Shown: piece by piece, positions 31,693 to 46,540 of the stretch
Layout of the letters: each line of letters begins with the position of its first letter
Position numbering within the stretch: the stretch's first letter is position 1
Assembly (NCBI RefSeq): GCF_963921235.1
Contig: NC_086106.1
Span: forward strand, 25,916,001-25,980,000
Length of the DNA: 64,000 bases
Reading direction: 5' to 3'
From: Mobula hypostoma
Lineage: Eukaryota
Notes under the pieces: model-generated
What the model was told of the DNA's origin: nothing
Database searches by the model: none
Seen by the model: the letters and a program-made list of their open reading frames with translations, nothing else
Made by a program: the position numbers and the translations under genes

Positions 31693-34600
31693 CAACATAG
31701 AACATAAACATAGAATAGTACTGCACATTACAGGCCCTTCGGCCCACAACGTTGTGCCGACCCTCAAACCCTGCTTCTCATATAACCACCCCCCCCCTTA
31801 AATTCCTCCATATACCTGTATAGTAGTGTAAAACTTCACTAGTGTATTTGCCTCTAGGTAGTGCATTCCACGCACCAACCACTCTCTGAGTTAAAAAACC
31901 TTCCTCTAATATCCCCCTTGAACTTCCCACCCCTTACCTTAAAGCCATGTCCTCTTGTATTGAGCAGTGATGCCCTGGGGAAGAGGCGCTGGCTATCCAC
32001 TCTATCTATTCCTCTTATTATCTTGTACACCTCTATCATGTCTCCTGTCATCCTCCTTCTCTCCAAAGAGTAAAGCCCTAGCTCACTTAATTTCTGACTA
32101 TAATCCATACTCTCTAAACCAGGCAGCATCCTGGTAAATCTCCTCTCTACCCTTTCCAATGCTTCCACATCCTTCCTATAGTGAGGTGACCAGAAATGGA
32201 CACAGTACTCCAAGTGTGGCCTAACCAGAGTTTTATAGAGCTGCATCATTACATCGCGACTCTTAAACTCTATCCTTCGACTTATGAAAGTTAACACCCC
32301 ATAAGTTTTTTTAACTACCCTATCTACCTGTGACGCAACATTTAGGGATCCGTGAACATTTGCTGCCAGATCCTTCTGCTCCTCCACACTACCAAGTATC
32401 CTACCATTTACTTTGTACTCTGCCTTGGAGTTTGTCCTTCCAAAGTGTACCACATCACACTTCTCCGGGTTGAACTCCATCTGCCACTTCTCAACCCACT
32501 TCTGCATCCTATCAATGTCTCTCTGCAATCTTCTACAATCCTCTACACAATCTACAACATCACCAACATTTGAGTCGTCTGCAAACTTGCCAACCCACTC
32601 TTCTAACCCCACATCCAGGTCGTTAATAAAAATCACGAAGAGTAGACGTCCCAGAACAGATCATTGTGGACACCACTAGTCACAATCCTCCAATCTGAAT
32701 GTACTCCCTCCACCACGACCCTCTGCCTTCTGCAGTCAAACCATTTCAAAATCCACCTGGCAAAACTTCTCTGGATGTCATGTCTTCTGACTTTCTGAAT
32801 AAGCCTACCGTGTGGAACCTTGTCAAATGCCGTACTAAAATCCATGTAGATCACATCTACTGCACTACCCGCATCTATATGCCTGGTCACCTCCTCAAAG
32901 AACTCTATCAAGTTTCTTAGACACGATCTGCCCTTCACAAAGCCATGCCGACTGTCCCTGATCAGACCATGATTCTCTAAATGCCCATAGATCCTATCTC
33001 TAAGAATCTTTTTCCACAGCTATCCCACCATAGACGTCAGGCTCACTGGTCTATAATTACCCGGACTATCCCTACTACCTTTTTTGAACAAGGGGACAAC
33101 ATTCGCCTCCCTCCAGTCCTCTGGTACCATTCCCGTGGACAACGAGGACATAAAGATCCTAGCCAGAGGCTCAATAATCTCTTCCCTCACCTCGTGGAGC
33201 AGCCTGGGGAACATTCCGTCAGGCCCCGGGGACTTATCCGTCCTAATCTATTTTAACAACTCCAAAAACTCCTCTCTCTTAATTTCTACATGCTCCAGAA
33301 CATCAACCTCTCTCATATTGTCCTCACCATCATCAAGTTCCCTCTCATTGGTGAATACCGAAGAGAAGTATTCATTGAGGACCTCCCTCACTTCCACAGC
33401 CTCCAGGCACATCTTCCCACCTTTATCTCTAATCGGTCCAACCTTCAGTCCTGTCATCCTTTTTCTCGTCACATAATTGAAGAATGCCTTGGGGTTTTCC
33501 TTTACCCTACTCGCCAAGGCCTTCTCATGCCCCCTTCTTGCTCTTCTCAGACTCTTCTTAAGCTCCTTTCTTGCTATCCTATATTCCTCAATAGACCCAT
33601 CTGATCCTTGCTTCCTAAACCTCATGTATGCTGCCTTCTTCCTCCTGACTAGATTTTGCACCTCACTTGTCACCCATGGTTCCTTCATCCTACCTTTCTT
33701 TATCTTCCTCTCCGGGACAAATTTATCCCTAACATCCTGCAAAAGATCCCTAAACATCGACCACATGTACATTGTACATTTCCCTGCAAAATCATCACCC
33801 CAATTCACACCTGCAAGTTCTAGCCTCACAGCCTCATAGTTTGCCCTTCCCCAATTAAAAGTTTTCCTGTTCTCTCTGATTCTATCCTTTTCCATGATAA
33901 TGCTAAAGGCCAGGGAGCAGTGGTCGCTGTTCCCCAGATGCTCACGCAATGAAAGATCTGTGACCTGACCCGGTCCGTTATCTAATACTAGATCTCGTTA
34001 GGCCTTCCCCCTAGTCGGCCTGTCAACATACTGTGACAGGAATTCGTCCTGGACACACTTAACAAAATTTGCCCCATCTAAACCATTGGAACTAATCAGG
34101 TGCCAATCAATATTAGGGAAGTTAAAGTCAGCCATGATAACAACCCTGTTATTTTTGCACCTTTCCAAAATCTGCCTCCCAATCTGCTCCTCTGTATCTC
34201 TGCTGCTACCAGGGGGCCTATAGAATACATCTAACAGAGTAACTGCTCCCTTCCTGTTCCTGACTTCCACCCATACAGACTGAAAAGAGGATCCTGCTAT
34301 ATTACCCACCCTTTCTGTAGCTGTAATAGTATTCCTGACCAGTAATACCACCCCCCTCCCCCTTCCTCCCTCCTCTATCCCTTTTAAAGCACTGAAATTC
34401 AGGAATATTGAGAATCCATTCCTGCCCTGGTGCCAACCAAGTCTCTGTAATGGCCACTACATCATAATTCCATGTATGTATCCAAGCTCTCAGTTCATCA
34501 CCTTTGTTCCTGATGCTTCTTGCATTGAAGTTCACACACTTTAGCCCTTCTGCCTTACTACCTTTACACTGTTTATTCTGCTTCTCTTTCCTCAAAGCCT

Positions 34601-35015
34601 CTCTCTATGTTAGATCTGGCTTTACTCCATGCACTTCTTTCACTACTCTATCGCTCTGGGTCCCATCCCCCTTGCAAATTAGTTTAAACCCTCCCGAACC
34701 ATTCTCGCAAACCTACCTGCAAAGATATTGCTCCCCCTCGAGTTCAGGCGCAACCCATCCAATCTGTACAGGTCCCACCTTCCCCAGAAGAGATCCTAAT
34801 GATCCAAAAATCTAAAGCCCGGCCCCCTGCACCAACTCCTCAGCCACGCATTCAACTGTCATCTCCTCCAATTCTTACCATCGCTATCACGTAGCACTGG
34901 CAGCAATCCTGAGAACGCCACCCTTGAGATCCTGTTCTTCAGCCTTCTGCCTATTTCCCGAAACTCACACTTCAGGACCTCATTCCTCTTCCTACCTATG
35001 TCGTTGATACCAACA
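31693..35015 (-). mobile_element. CR1 LINE, most of ORF2 (endonuclease plus RT) and the end of ORF1, frameshifted
   Basis: VNFNARSI..YDVVAITETW, MADFNFPNIDW, YMDFSTAFDKVPH and KFADD, plus a CTATGTT-type tail near 31700. Confidence 0.92.
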
Positions 35016-35804
35016 TATATCGGGCTAATTTTTGATGAACCCTATAGAAAGTATCATTTCCAGGTGCATCATGGCTTGAATGGCAAATGTTCTGCCCGTG
35101 ACTGCGAGAAATGTGGCCGAGATGTAGACACAACCTAGCGCATTACTGATAGAACATGAATTCTGCCTGCACTCTTGCTGAATCAGTGAAACACCCAGCA
35201 TGATCAAACTATTATCCATTCCAGACATTCGTTCATTCTCCCCTCCGATCGGGCAACAGATATAGAAGCATTAGTGTCAGCCTCTAAAATTATATTAAAA
35301 GACAACTGCATAATTCCCTTGGAAGAGAAGTTGAACACGTGACCTCACAAACTAAATCAAACGAAATTCACCATTTCGTCAACTTGCACAACACTTTCTT
35401 TGCAGCTGCTTAACTGTATTATCAATTCTGTTGTTGACTCAGCTTTCACACCCTCAATGCACAATGCAATGATTTGATGCCTGTAAAGATATGCAAGGGA
35501 GTAATTTCACTGTGGATAAGTCACTATCTAACCAAAGCCTAAACCAGCTGGTCACTCTGTGTGAGTAAACAGGGTGAGGCAAGAAATTAAGCCGGCATTA
35601 TTTAAAGTATAGGATATACGGTTAGCGTGTAAACGTGGCGGTGGTCGTGTTCGGAAGTATGTTTTACTTCTCAACGTGCTAAATGCTGTTCCCTGATATC
35701 TCCAGGAACCCTGTTTTAGTTCGACCACTAAATTTGTCTGAAGGTATGCCTTGACGTGCCCATGTGTCTCGCTCCTCCGGAATACGAAACACCGTAAGAC
35801 CATA

Positions 35805-37400
35805 AGATATGGAGACAGAAGTACGTCATTCAGCCCATCGAGTCTGCCCTGCCATTCAATCATGGGCTAATCCAATTCTTCCAGTCATCGCCACTCTTCT
35901 GCCTTCTTTCCATACCCTTTGATGTTCAGGCTAATCAAGAACCCATCTATCTCTGCCTAATGCACCCAGTGACTTGGCCTCCACAACTCCTCGTGGCAAC
36001 TAATTCCAGATTTACTGCCCTCTGACTAATGTAATTTCTCTTCTGTCCTAAGTGGACATCCTTCAATCCTGAGGTCGTGCCCTCTCCTCTTAGACTCCCT
36101 TACCATGGGAACTAACTTTGCCATATCTAATCATATCAGGCCTTCTAACATTCGGAATGTTTCTATGAGAGCGCTCGTCATTCTGAACTCCAGGTAATGC
36201 AGCCCAGTGGCTACCAGACGTTCCTCATACGGTAATCCTTTCATTCCTGGAATCATTCTGGTGAATCTTCTCCGAACCATCTCTAAAGTCAGTATATCCT
36301 TCCTAAAACAAGAAGCCCAAAATTAGACACAATGCTCCAAATGTGGTCTCACAGTGCCTTATGGAGCCTCAACATCACGTCCCTGCTCTTGTATTCTCCA
36401 AAAATGAATGCAAAAATTGCATTCACCTTCTGCGGAACCGAAGCAACCTGGAGGTTAACCTTTAGGATATAGTGCACAAGGACTCCCAAGTCCCTTCGTG
36501 TCTCTGCATTTTGAATTCTCTCCCCATCTAAATAATAATCTGCCCGTTGATTACTTCCACCAAAGCGCATGATCATTTACTTTTCAACGCTGTATTTCAT
36601 TTGCCACTTCTTTGCCCCTTTCGCTAAACTATCCAAGTCTCTCTACAGGCTCTCTGTATCCTCAACACTACCGGCTCCTCCACCTAGCTTTGTATCATCA
36701 GCAAATTTAGCCATAAATCCATTAACCCCATAGTGCAAATCATTGATATACATCGTATAAAGCAGCAGTCCCAAAACCGACCCCTGTGGAACACTACTGG
36801 TAACCGGCAGCCAGCGAGAACAAGATTCCTTTATTCGCACTCGCTGCTTTCTGCCGATCAGCCAATGCTCCGTTCATGTTAGTAACCTCTCTGTAATTCC
36901 ATGGACTCTTATCTTCCTAAGCAGCCTCATATGCTGCACCTTGTCAAAGGCCTTCTGAAGATCCAGGTACACCAGATCTACTGCATCTCCTTTGCCACCC
37001 CTGCCTGTAATTTCCAGTAATAATTGCAGTAGGTTAGTCGAGCAGGATTTTTCTTTCAGGAAGCCATGCTAAATTTGGCCTATCTTGTCATGTGCCTCTA
37101 GATATTTGGTAATCTCAATCTTAACAATCGTTTCCAACAACCTCCCAATCACCGACGTCGGTTAGCATATCTATCGTTTGCTTTCTGCTGCCTTCCACCC
37201 TTCTTAAATAGCGCTGTAACATTTGCAATTTTCCAGTCATCTGGGACAATGTCAGGATCTATCGATTCTTGAATGAGCATTGTCAATGCCTCTGCAGTCT
37301 CACCAGCTACTTCCTTCAGATCGCGAGGGTGCATTCCATCAGGTCCAGGAGTTTTATCCACCGGCAGACCATTAAGCTTCCCGGGCACCTTCTCAGTCGG
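35805..37400 (-). mobile_element. Degenerate CR1 RT fragments
   Basis: KTPGPDGMHP and [17 protein letters not shown] remnants. Confidence 0.8.
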
Positions 37401-37507
37401 AATTACGTCTGCAAGATATTCCCACTGGTTGATAGGTGGTCACGATTAGCAGAGAGAACTAGATGAACACCCGAAAAAAAATCGTGTTCGGGAAACAGAT
37501 TGGGTGG

Positions 37508-38368
37508 TGTTACGTACCCCGTAACTGGGTTGCCAAACCAGCAGAAATAGATCACTCAGTTGGAGTCTGGATTACTAGAACTAAGAAAGTTTTATTAAAG
37601 AAACAAGCAACACAGTAATCGAAAGGATAATAAATGCAACAGTTCAGCAATGATAAACACACATGTGCACAGAATTAATATAACAGCATCAATCAAGCTC
37701 TATCGTTGTCTAGGGGTAAATGACCAATTTCAAAGTGACACAAAAGTCCAGTTCGATTTAGTTCAGTTCGCAGTAATCGTTGCCATGGCGATGGACAACG
37801 TGGGGGGAGGGAGAGAGAGAACGAGAACGACTGATCACTCACAAACGGCTTCCACTCACTGACCGGCGATATTGCTCACAAGCAGCTTTCGGGCGGGTCC
37901 TTTGTGATGTCACCTGAGGTCACCGACTGTGACCCCTCCTCCAGATGCGGTCGATCCTCTGCAGTGAACCCGGCACCCAAGCGAGGGTGGACACACACCG
38001 GGTTCCCGCTGATCGTACATTTCCACCCTGTGCGTTTATGGTTCGGTACTTCCCACCGACTCGTGAGAGGCGCACCACTTCCAGGGTCTCGTTACCTCGG
38101 GTGTCGTGTGTGTTGCCTTAGCGAACCTGTCCCTTTTCATCCCCCTGCTGGGGTATCGCCTGTCCATCACTTCAAACAGTTCAGGGTTCAAAGGGGGAGC
38201 CGCTCTAGACAGCTCTCTCTCCCCCGTTCCTTCATTACACATCTCCAGATGCTGCTTCATTATTCCTTATCTCTCCTTCCCCTGAGGACAGGTGACAGAC
38301 CAACTGCTGATGCCACTGATGCTAACCTAGGCCAGCAAACATCTTAATTTATGTGTATTCTCGTCACA
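37508..38368. mobile_element. Solo LTR (861 bp) with 4-bp TSD
   Basis: TGTTACG...CGTCACA termini and TSD GTGG at 37504-37507 and 38369-38372. Confidence 0.85.
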
Positions 38369-40189
38369 GTGGTTTGAATAATGGCAAAAATAACATGAAA
38401 ATGAAGATTGTTGAGAAATATCGAGAAACTTATGGCAACCGATGATTTCAATCTGTGCAACTCTTCGGCATTAAACCAGGCATATACGCCGGCCCGTCTC
38501 CCATCAGTCAGAAGATCAGCCTAAAGAATATCTTCTATCATGGTGGTGTAACACTATTGAGCGGAGCGAGGGATTAAGTATTGACCCACGCCACAGTCAC
38601 CCGTCTTATGACTTTATGCCTTATTGACTCCCTGCTGTATATTTTCTGGAAGGATGTTGCACTTTATTCTGATGCTGGTATTGTTTAGCTTTTAATATCA
38701 CGTTGCGCTGTGCAATAAATCAATCGGTATGAACAAGACATGTCAAGACATTTTTTCCTTGTATCTCGGTGTACGTGGCAATAATAAAACAATTCCAAAT
38801 CCATCTGGGGACAAATTCTGACCCGTTATTCCTAGCTGTTAGATTAAGTTACAAGTTGTCACTTTTTTTTATAACCTGTTTCTTTCGATCCTTCTCTCTC
38901 CCTTTCCCTCCCTGTCCCTGTCACTCGTTTCACCGCTCGTTCCCTTTCTTTACCTTTCTCTCTATCCCATTCCTTCCTCACAGCTTGCCAACGCATCTAC
39001 CACAATATCATCTTCAAATCATATTGAATTTCACATTGCTGATTTATCAAAATGATGAATATAAATTATAAATAGTTGTTGGATCATGTTGAATCCAATG
39101 TCGTTCCACCAAATATCCGAATTCCGCGCTTTTATGGGCACTCTCTGTTTTCCATTTGTGAATGAGTAACCCATCCATATCAATAGTATCTGCATAAATG
39201 TTTACCTTGTTTTATAGCACTTAAGGTGACTCTTCAACCAATGATGTCCAACTGCGTTGATTCTGTGATCTCCACATTCTGCTCCTATCCTCACTGCGAA
39301 TTCTTCAATTAACAGTAACACAGTTGCCAAAGACGAGTCCAGCAAAGTTGCCAGCCGCGATGTGGCGTTGAGGGCAAAATGGTAATGACAAGAACATCAA
39401 ATTGCACGTTACGTTCTTTATGAAGTTAACATTTCTATCTCTCAGTACGCATTGATTTCGAGAGTTGTTCATCAATCTTGAGCACATGTCGCTCTTGAAT
39501 GTGGCTCCGTAAAGTCTCCAAAGACCACTTTCCTTCTCATCGCTCTTTCCTAACTTCGTGTTCTTTCTTCCCTTTCCTCCCGCTTTGTGCAGCTCTGTGT
39601 CTTGTTTCTCCTTCCCTAATCACCTCCCAGTTTAGTCCTTCTCTCAATATCTACTCAAGCTTCCTCCTTTCCCCGCCCAAGTCCTTCTCTAGTCCTCTCT
39701 CTTTACCTACTCCTCCCCTCGTACATCTTCTTCCTCCTTCTTCCACTTCCCTTTCTTTAACAACATTTCTCTCTCTCTCTCGCTCTGTCATTCTCATTCA
39801 TTTTTTTCACTTTCTCTCGCCTTCACCATATTTCCCTCTCCATATTTCTCACGCTGTATCTCGCTCTTTCCCTCGAATTCCATCTGTCCGTTCCTCTGTC
39901 ACAAAACACTGTCTGCATTCATCCTCATCTTACTCCAGCTTACTCCAATTCCACATCTGAACCCGTGCATAAAGGTCATGTCACTGATGGTAGAGAGGAA
40001 GAGTGCAGAATTTGCTCGGAGCAGAGGGGTAGTGCTTTGCAGTGGGTATCCCTAGGCACTGCAGCCTTGAGGAGCCCCTCCGGAGCGAGAACGCGATGAC
40101 GCCTTGGTTCCATGGTCCACCTGGACTTGGCTGTTGAGGGGACACTGAAGGCACCCGTTAGAGCAAGCAAACACTGAGAACACTCAGAT

Positions 40190-40589
40190 ATCGGGATCCT
40201 GTATCGCCGTGGAATGTTCAGTGCTGAACTGCGTAAAGCAATTCGGTGGAACCCAGCACAATGCCCCCGAACATATTTAAGCGGGACTGCTGCTATTTTC
40301 GTCCACAGACCAGAAATCCTGACCGGACTGGCTTCAAGTAGAACATTATCTCCACTCATGAATATTTTCTTCGGTTTCGCAGAATACTGAATGCACAGCA
40401 GATAGGCTCTGCCAGTTTCCTTGTAACTGCAGCTCAGTGGTACGGTCTGCTCTTCCACGATCATTAAATCCCTCCTATTGGGGTCACAAAATCTGCCCCA
40501 CACGTCCCTGTAACAAACCCCGAATATGTGAGCGGCGCCGGAACGCACTAACCCTGCAGGATACGCTCCCACCGATTAGACTGATTCAT
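40190..40589 (-). pseudogene. Degenerate TCR V pseudogene, uninterrupted paralog of 1-935
   Basis: Donor G|GTTAGT, exon from 40507 with DLMIVEEQTVPLSCSY and SPVRISG, then frameshifted FR3. The spacer remnant TTCCACGGCGATACAGGATCCCG resembles the 21.6 kb RSS spacer. Confidence 0.75.
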
Positions 40590-41599
40590 TTATAGAGTAG
40601 TTTATCAAAAAAATCCTCCAGTGGATGGTTGTAATGGGAACATGGTACATTAAATAAATAAAAGAGAGGATCATTTGAAAATGTTATTCCAATAAAACAG
40701 AAGTGATTCAAGTAAGGACAAGCAGAGACTCCTGAATCCTGCTCGCCAATGCTTTCTCGTAGCCCTTTCTAACTCTCCAAATTTCTTTATTGAGCACCTT
40801 CCTAGCACCCTTGCATTCTTCTGGAGCTTTAACTGTACTTAGTTTCCTGAACCATTCGTAACCTTTTCTTTTCTTTCTGACTAGATATTCTGCACCCTTT
40901 GTAGACGATATATTGCCCTCTTTCCCCATCTCAATTGAACATACATTCCGGTAATGCCAAGACACCCGTCCCCCATACCATTTCGCATCTCCTTAACATT
41001 CTCCCTTGTTATCCTCTTGCCCGCCCATCACCTCCCTGTGGTGCTCTTCTTTCCTTTATTTTCATTCTTCTATGGCCTTCTGTCTGTTTCACCAATCAAC
41101 TTCCTAGCTCTTTGCTTGTTTCCTCCCCCTCCAAGTTTCACCTATCGCCTGGCATTTCTCTCTTTACTCCAGCCACCTTTCAATTCCACTCCTCAGATTT
41201 TCTGTCTGTTGCCCTGCCGATGGCTATTGGCAAGGGACATCGACTGTACTCTTTTCCGTAGATGCTGCCTCCGTGCTGAATTCTTCCTGCATTTGTGTGT
41301 AACACCATGCAAATGCTCCTCAAACATTTGTCATACTTCTGCCGTGAATTTCCATGAAAAACATCTGCGCCTAATTTGTGTTCCTGTCTTATAGCATCAT
41401 ATTTCCCCCTACGCCATTTAAATGTTTTCCCAAATTGTCTGCTCCCTTTTCCTCTTTGGTGCTATGGTAAAGGAGATAGGGAGTTGTGATCGCTACCTCC
41501 GAAATGCTCTTCCAATGAAAGATTTTCACCTGACCAGACTAATTTCCCAATACCAGATCAAGTATAGCCTCTCCTCTAGGTGGCTTATCCCGGCTGGGA

Positions 41600-43050
41600 A
41601 CCTTCCTGAATACACCTCACAGACTACACCCCATTTATACCCCTTGCTGTAAGAAGATGCCAGTCAAGACTAAGGAAGTTAAAATCACCCATCACACCGT
41701 TCCACAATCTGCCTCCCTATTTGTTCTTCGATGTCTCTGTTACTATTGAGGGATCTATAGAAACTCCGAGGAGAGTCACTGTATCTTTCTCACTTCTGAC
41801 TTCCACCCACAATGAATCAGCAGACAATTCCTCCATGATTTCCTCCGTATCTGCAGCCGTGATGAAACCCTGATTGACAATGTCACTCCCCCACCTCTTT
41901 TGCCTCCCTCCCCGTCCTTTTTGAAACATCTCAAGGCCGGCATACTCAGCAGCCATTCCTGCCACTGAAACATCCAAATCTCTGTAATGCACGCAATGTC
42001 ACATTTCCACGTTTTGATCCACAGTCGAAATTCAACCAGCATGCTTATGATACTCCTAGCATGAAAGCTGACATGTCTTAAATCATCTGACTGAGTGCAT
42101 CTTCGCTCTATCATCTGCTTATCCTTCCTCACCAGCTCCCTACAAGCTCCCTCTCCATGTACGCCAACAGCCCCATCCTCTCCATCTTCACGTCGGTTCC
42201 CACTTCACCATAAATCTAGTTTAAAACCTCCCCAGTAGCATTCGCAAACCTTCCTCGCAGGATATTGGTTCCGCACCAGTTCAGGTGCAACTTCTACAGT
42301 TCACACCTTCCCCAAAAAATGTTCCAATGATCCGAGAATTTGAAACACTTCGCCCTGCGCCATCTCCTCAGCCTTCATTCATCTGGGCTATCTTCCTGTT
42401 CTGAGATTCCCTAGCTCCTGGCACCAGGGGTATTCTGAAGGTTACCACCTTTGATGTCGTGCCCTTCAGCCTCCTTCGTAACTCCCTAAACATACTGCGC
42501 AGAACATCTTCTCCTATCTTGCCTATGGCGCTGGTTCCAACGTGTACCACGAACTCTGGCTGCTCATTCTTCCCTTCAAAAATATTCTACAACCGCTCAG
42601 AGACAACTTGGCCTCTACCATCCGGGAAGAAAGACACTATCCAGGCCGTCTTTTCTGCTGCGGCAGAATCTCCTATCTGTCCCCCATACTATCGAGACCC
42701 TTATGGCTATTGCTCCGCCTGACTTCAACCTACCTTTCTGATGTTCAGAACCGACCACTGTGCACTGGTCTGGCTGCTGCTGCTTTGCCCAGATAGGCCA
42801 TGCCGCTCAGCAATATCCGTATGGGCATACCCGTGCTGAGGTGCATGGCAACAGGGAGACCCTACACTGACTTCTTTCTCACTTTACCTGTCTCGGTGTT
42901 CACCCATCTACACCGCAAATTCTGCACGCTGGGTGTAACCATCTGTACAAAAGTAATATCTATACATTTCTCTGCCTCCGGGGGGATTCTTAGTTTATCA
43001 AAATCCTGTGCCAGTTCCTGAAGGCGGTCTCCCAGGAACTGCACTTCGTG
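41600..43050 (-). mobile_element. Degenerate CR1 (ORF1 esterase-like and endonuclease remnants)
   Basis: VHVGTSAIG..FRELRRRLK and FHARSI..DIACITE. Confidence 0.75.
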
Positions 43051-43399
43051 CAGCTGAAGTCATCAAGGAGACCATCAGATTCCCTGAATTCCCAGATCCT
43101 AAAGAGAAGAATTCCACTACCATATGCGCCATCCAGCCTACAGCCTACATACAAGCAACCAAGACCAAATCATCAACAACGAAAGGAAATACTAACCCTT
43201 CTAACCTGTTCTTTGTTCTCAGCTTCATCTCGTCGAAGTCTCTTGAGTCAAAGCCAGGCTCTCCTATTCTCACTTCTAGCCTATTCACAACAACGGACGC
43301 CCCGCTTGTTCCCCCTATACTTTAACTTAATTCGCAGTGCACTGCTCCCGCCGCGGATTGTGGCTCCGGAAAGTCCGAAAGCCCGCGAAGCTTTCCTTT

Positions 43400-44450
43400 C
43401 TACAGGTTTCGCCGACCTGCGCGTAACCTCCTTGGGCCTCGTGAATCAAGACGGGGACATATCTTGTCAGAATATTCCAGATGGTGCTTCTGTAAATAAT
43501 GGTTAGTATAGACAAGGGAAACCTCACACGCCTGCGTCTTCTCAGGAAATCAAGACGCTTTTGTGTTTTTCTGACCAAACAGATGGTGTTGAGGGACCAG
43601 TTCAGATCGTCTATTGTGTGCACTTCCAGAGCCTTGGTACTCCTAACTCCCTCCATGGCGGTTTCCTGCATGTGTAGAGAGGAGTTGCTAGCTTACACCT
43701 TAAATTCCACAATCATCTCTTTGGTCTTGTCCATGTTGAGACTGAAATTGTTGTGTTCGTACATTTCAACCAATCGCTCTGTCTCCTTTTTATAAGACGA
43801 ATCTTCCTCATCGTCGACGAGGCCAATCACTGCTTTTATTATTAACAAACGTGATGATTCGGTTTGAGGTGCACCTAGCAATGCAGACATGCGTCAACAA
43901 AGTGAACAGCAGCGGGCTGAGCACGCAACCGGGGATAATACCAGTGGTCAGCGTAATTTATATAGAGATGTCTCTGCCAAAACGGACTGCCGGTAGCCTT
44001 TATGTGAAGATGTCCAGGATACAGGTACAGAGAGAAGTGCTGAGAGCCACCGAGGGCAATTTACCCAGCAGCTACTGAGGGATGATCTTAGTGAGCATCG
44101 AGGTGAAGTGATTAAACAGTATCCTGACATATGAAGCACCATTTTCTTCCAAGGACAGGAAGGAGTGGAATACGCAGCTATGGCATCATCAATGGAACAT
44201 GTGAGCATCCTGTGGTCTGAAAATAGTCCGCTTGAACAGGCGGATACCATTGAATGCGATCTAAAAACAGTCTCTCAATGAATATCAGTTAACTGGGATG
44301 AGCGATCCCTCTGCACCCGACCAGCTATGTTTGCAGACACTGCAGCTTTGCTTGGGTTATCTCTGACTAGCTATTCCTCACATCAGCTGCGGGCAGACAG
44401 ACTGCCCGCACCGCGGAGGAAGGTGGCATTTTCTTCGCCGCACTTGGTTT
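43400..44450 (-). mobile_element. Degenerate Rex-like LINE
   Basis: SLNMDKTKEMIVEFK and DDLNWSLNT..QKRLDFLRR. Confidence 0.7.
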
Positions 44451-45659
44451 CGTCCATCAAATAGAACGTAGAAGATATTAAGCCACCCGCTCACGGCCCT
44501 CCGCTGTTAGATATGTCTTCCAATTTGATATCACTGAGGTTTGTTTAATAACTGTGAAGTCCTCAAAACACGTCGCTCTGCTGCAAACAGCTTTAACTCT
44601 ACCTGTTTTAGTCTGAGGTTACTATCTGCTTTAAGAAGATATCAGTCAGAGAGTTCCCTGAGAAAGTCAAAGTTACCTGCCTTAACAACTCGCACAAAAT
44701 GTTCTAGGAAATCATCAAGTCAGGCAGAATCAATGTATTGATGTAAACAGTCGATGTATTTCCCCCATAGTGCTGCCGAAATTCCTGAGCTCTTCAGCAT
44801 TTTGCACATCTTCCTCGATGTTTCCAGCATCTACGAATCTCCTGTTTCTAATGTGTCTGTGTCAGTGACTACCACCCTGACGCCTTCACATCGTATCATT
44901 TATTTATCCGTTTTACATCGAAACATATACTGAAATGCATTTTTTGTGCCAAAATCGAATACAAGATAAGATTGCACTGGGGGCTGCCAGCAACTGCTGC
45001 TATACAGTCCAGCGCCCCAGAGAATGCACAAGATGTTCAGCACAACAACACAAGCAATGGCAACAGCAAATTAAACCCTTGTCGCCCTCCCACTCAGCTA
45101 TTCACATTCAGAGAGGCCTCCAACCCCAGAGCAGACCACATACAGCCGCAGTAATTAATTGGCTTGCAGACGTCTGGCCTCCAACTTCCCTCTGGATTCA
45201 GACACTTGCGGACTCAGGGCTTTGTCCATCGAGCCTCTACATCTGGACTCGCCGACGTCGGACTTCGACCTTCAGAATCTCGCCAAAGACGGGAACCCGA
45301 ACTCTAGGCTTCCTGCGGAGTTCGGGATCCCACCGAATGTTCTCGTCTGGACTCTCCCACCAGATTCAATTTCTCTAACTCCCAACCTGATACCTAACTC
45401 CCTACTTTGCCGCCAGAACCGTCCCTAAAAAGCTAAAGAGAACGCTAAATATGAGCCACGAAGTCGAAGGAGAATATAGCACAGTGCCATCTTGACTGGA
45501 CGTCAAAAAGCGTTACGGCAGGCTATTAGCACTCGCCTCTTTTAAATCCTCGAGCCATCAAAGTCGCTTTCTGTTGACAATGGTCTATTTTGGACTTCAT
45601 CATCCTGACTCTGCCTTCATCCCTGGAGCACTTGAGCAGAAAGAACACATAAGTTAATC

Positions 45660-46540
45660 TTCTGTTTAGTGACTACAGCCCCATCTGCTATAGTACAATT
45701 CAAATTAACCTCACCAACGAACCCCGAACCCTGGAAGTCAACGCTTTGCACTTCAATTGGATCCTCGGCTTGCTAATATAACGATCAGCTAGAATCGGCA
45801 GTAGCACCTCTGACTCGATTATTCCCAAAAATGGCCACCGAAAAGAATGAAATATTATTTATCCACACTAGTCTCCTATATGTCCATTCCTTCGTGGCTC
45901 TATTCTACTCAGGTTTGCAGATGAAAACACGGCGGTAGGCCTAATAGCGAATATTAATGTGCCAGAGTACAGAAGGGAGATAGAGAGCCTGGTGGCCTGA
46001 TGCAATGACAATAATATTTTCCTAAATGTCCGCAATACAAAGGGGCTGCTCATTGACCTCTGGTGTAGTGAGGAGGCTCCTGTCTCCATACGGGTTGCTG
46101 GGATCACAGCTTCAGAGCTTCAAGGTCCTTGGAATGAACATCATCCGTAGTCTGTCCTCTGCAACAAAGTTGACGCCACAAGCAAGAAAGGTCGCCAGTA
46201 CCGCTACTTCCTTGGGAGGCTAAAATAATGGGCTTGTACTCTTCGAGCTTTCCCCATTTTTGTCTACACACCACAGAAAGCATTCTATTGACATGCATTG
46301 CGGCTTGATAAGGAAAGGCTATGCAATTGACCACAAGAAACTGCAACCCAGAGCTTGAGCAAAGCTCAGAGCATCGCGGAAAACAAACCCTTCCCCGTGG
46401 ACTCTGTTTACAGCCGCAAGTTCACTCTTCTCCCCGAACAATTTGCCAGAGATAAAAACAGACTGAAAGCATGCATGTCCAGGCTACTCGCCCCAAACTT
46501 GCCAATGCAGCATCGAGGAAGCACAAGAACACAGCCTATT
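45660..46540 (+). mobile_element. Degenerate Rex-like LINE fragment
   Basis: RT-end remnant similar to 1275-1635 and 57000-57700. Confidence 0.6.

Noticed and set aside
35090-35170. Faint V 3'-like sequence (TTGTGTC..TCGGCCACATTTCTCGCA)
   Set aside because: It has no cysteine codon and no RSS, and is too short to separate from chance.
35508-35514. Perfect CACAGTG heptamer as an RSS
   Set aside because: There is no acceptable nonamer at 12 or 23 nt, and it sits in a LINE-tail-like context (TTTCACTGT).
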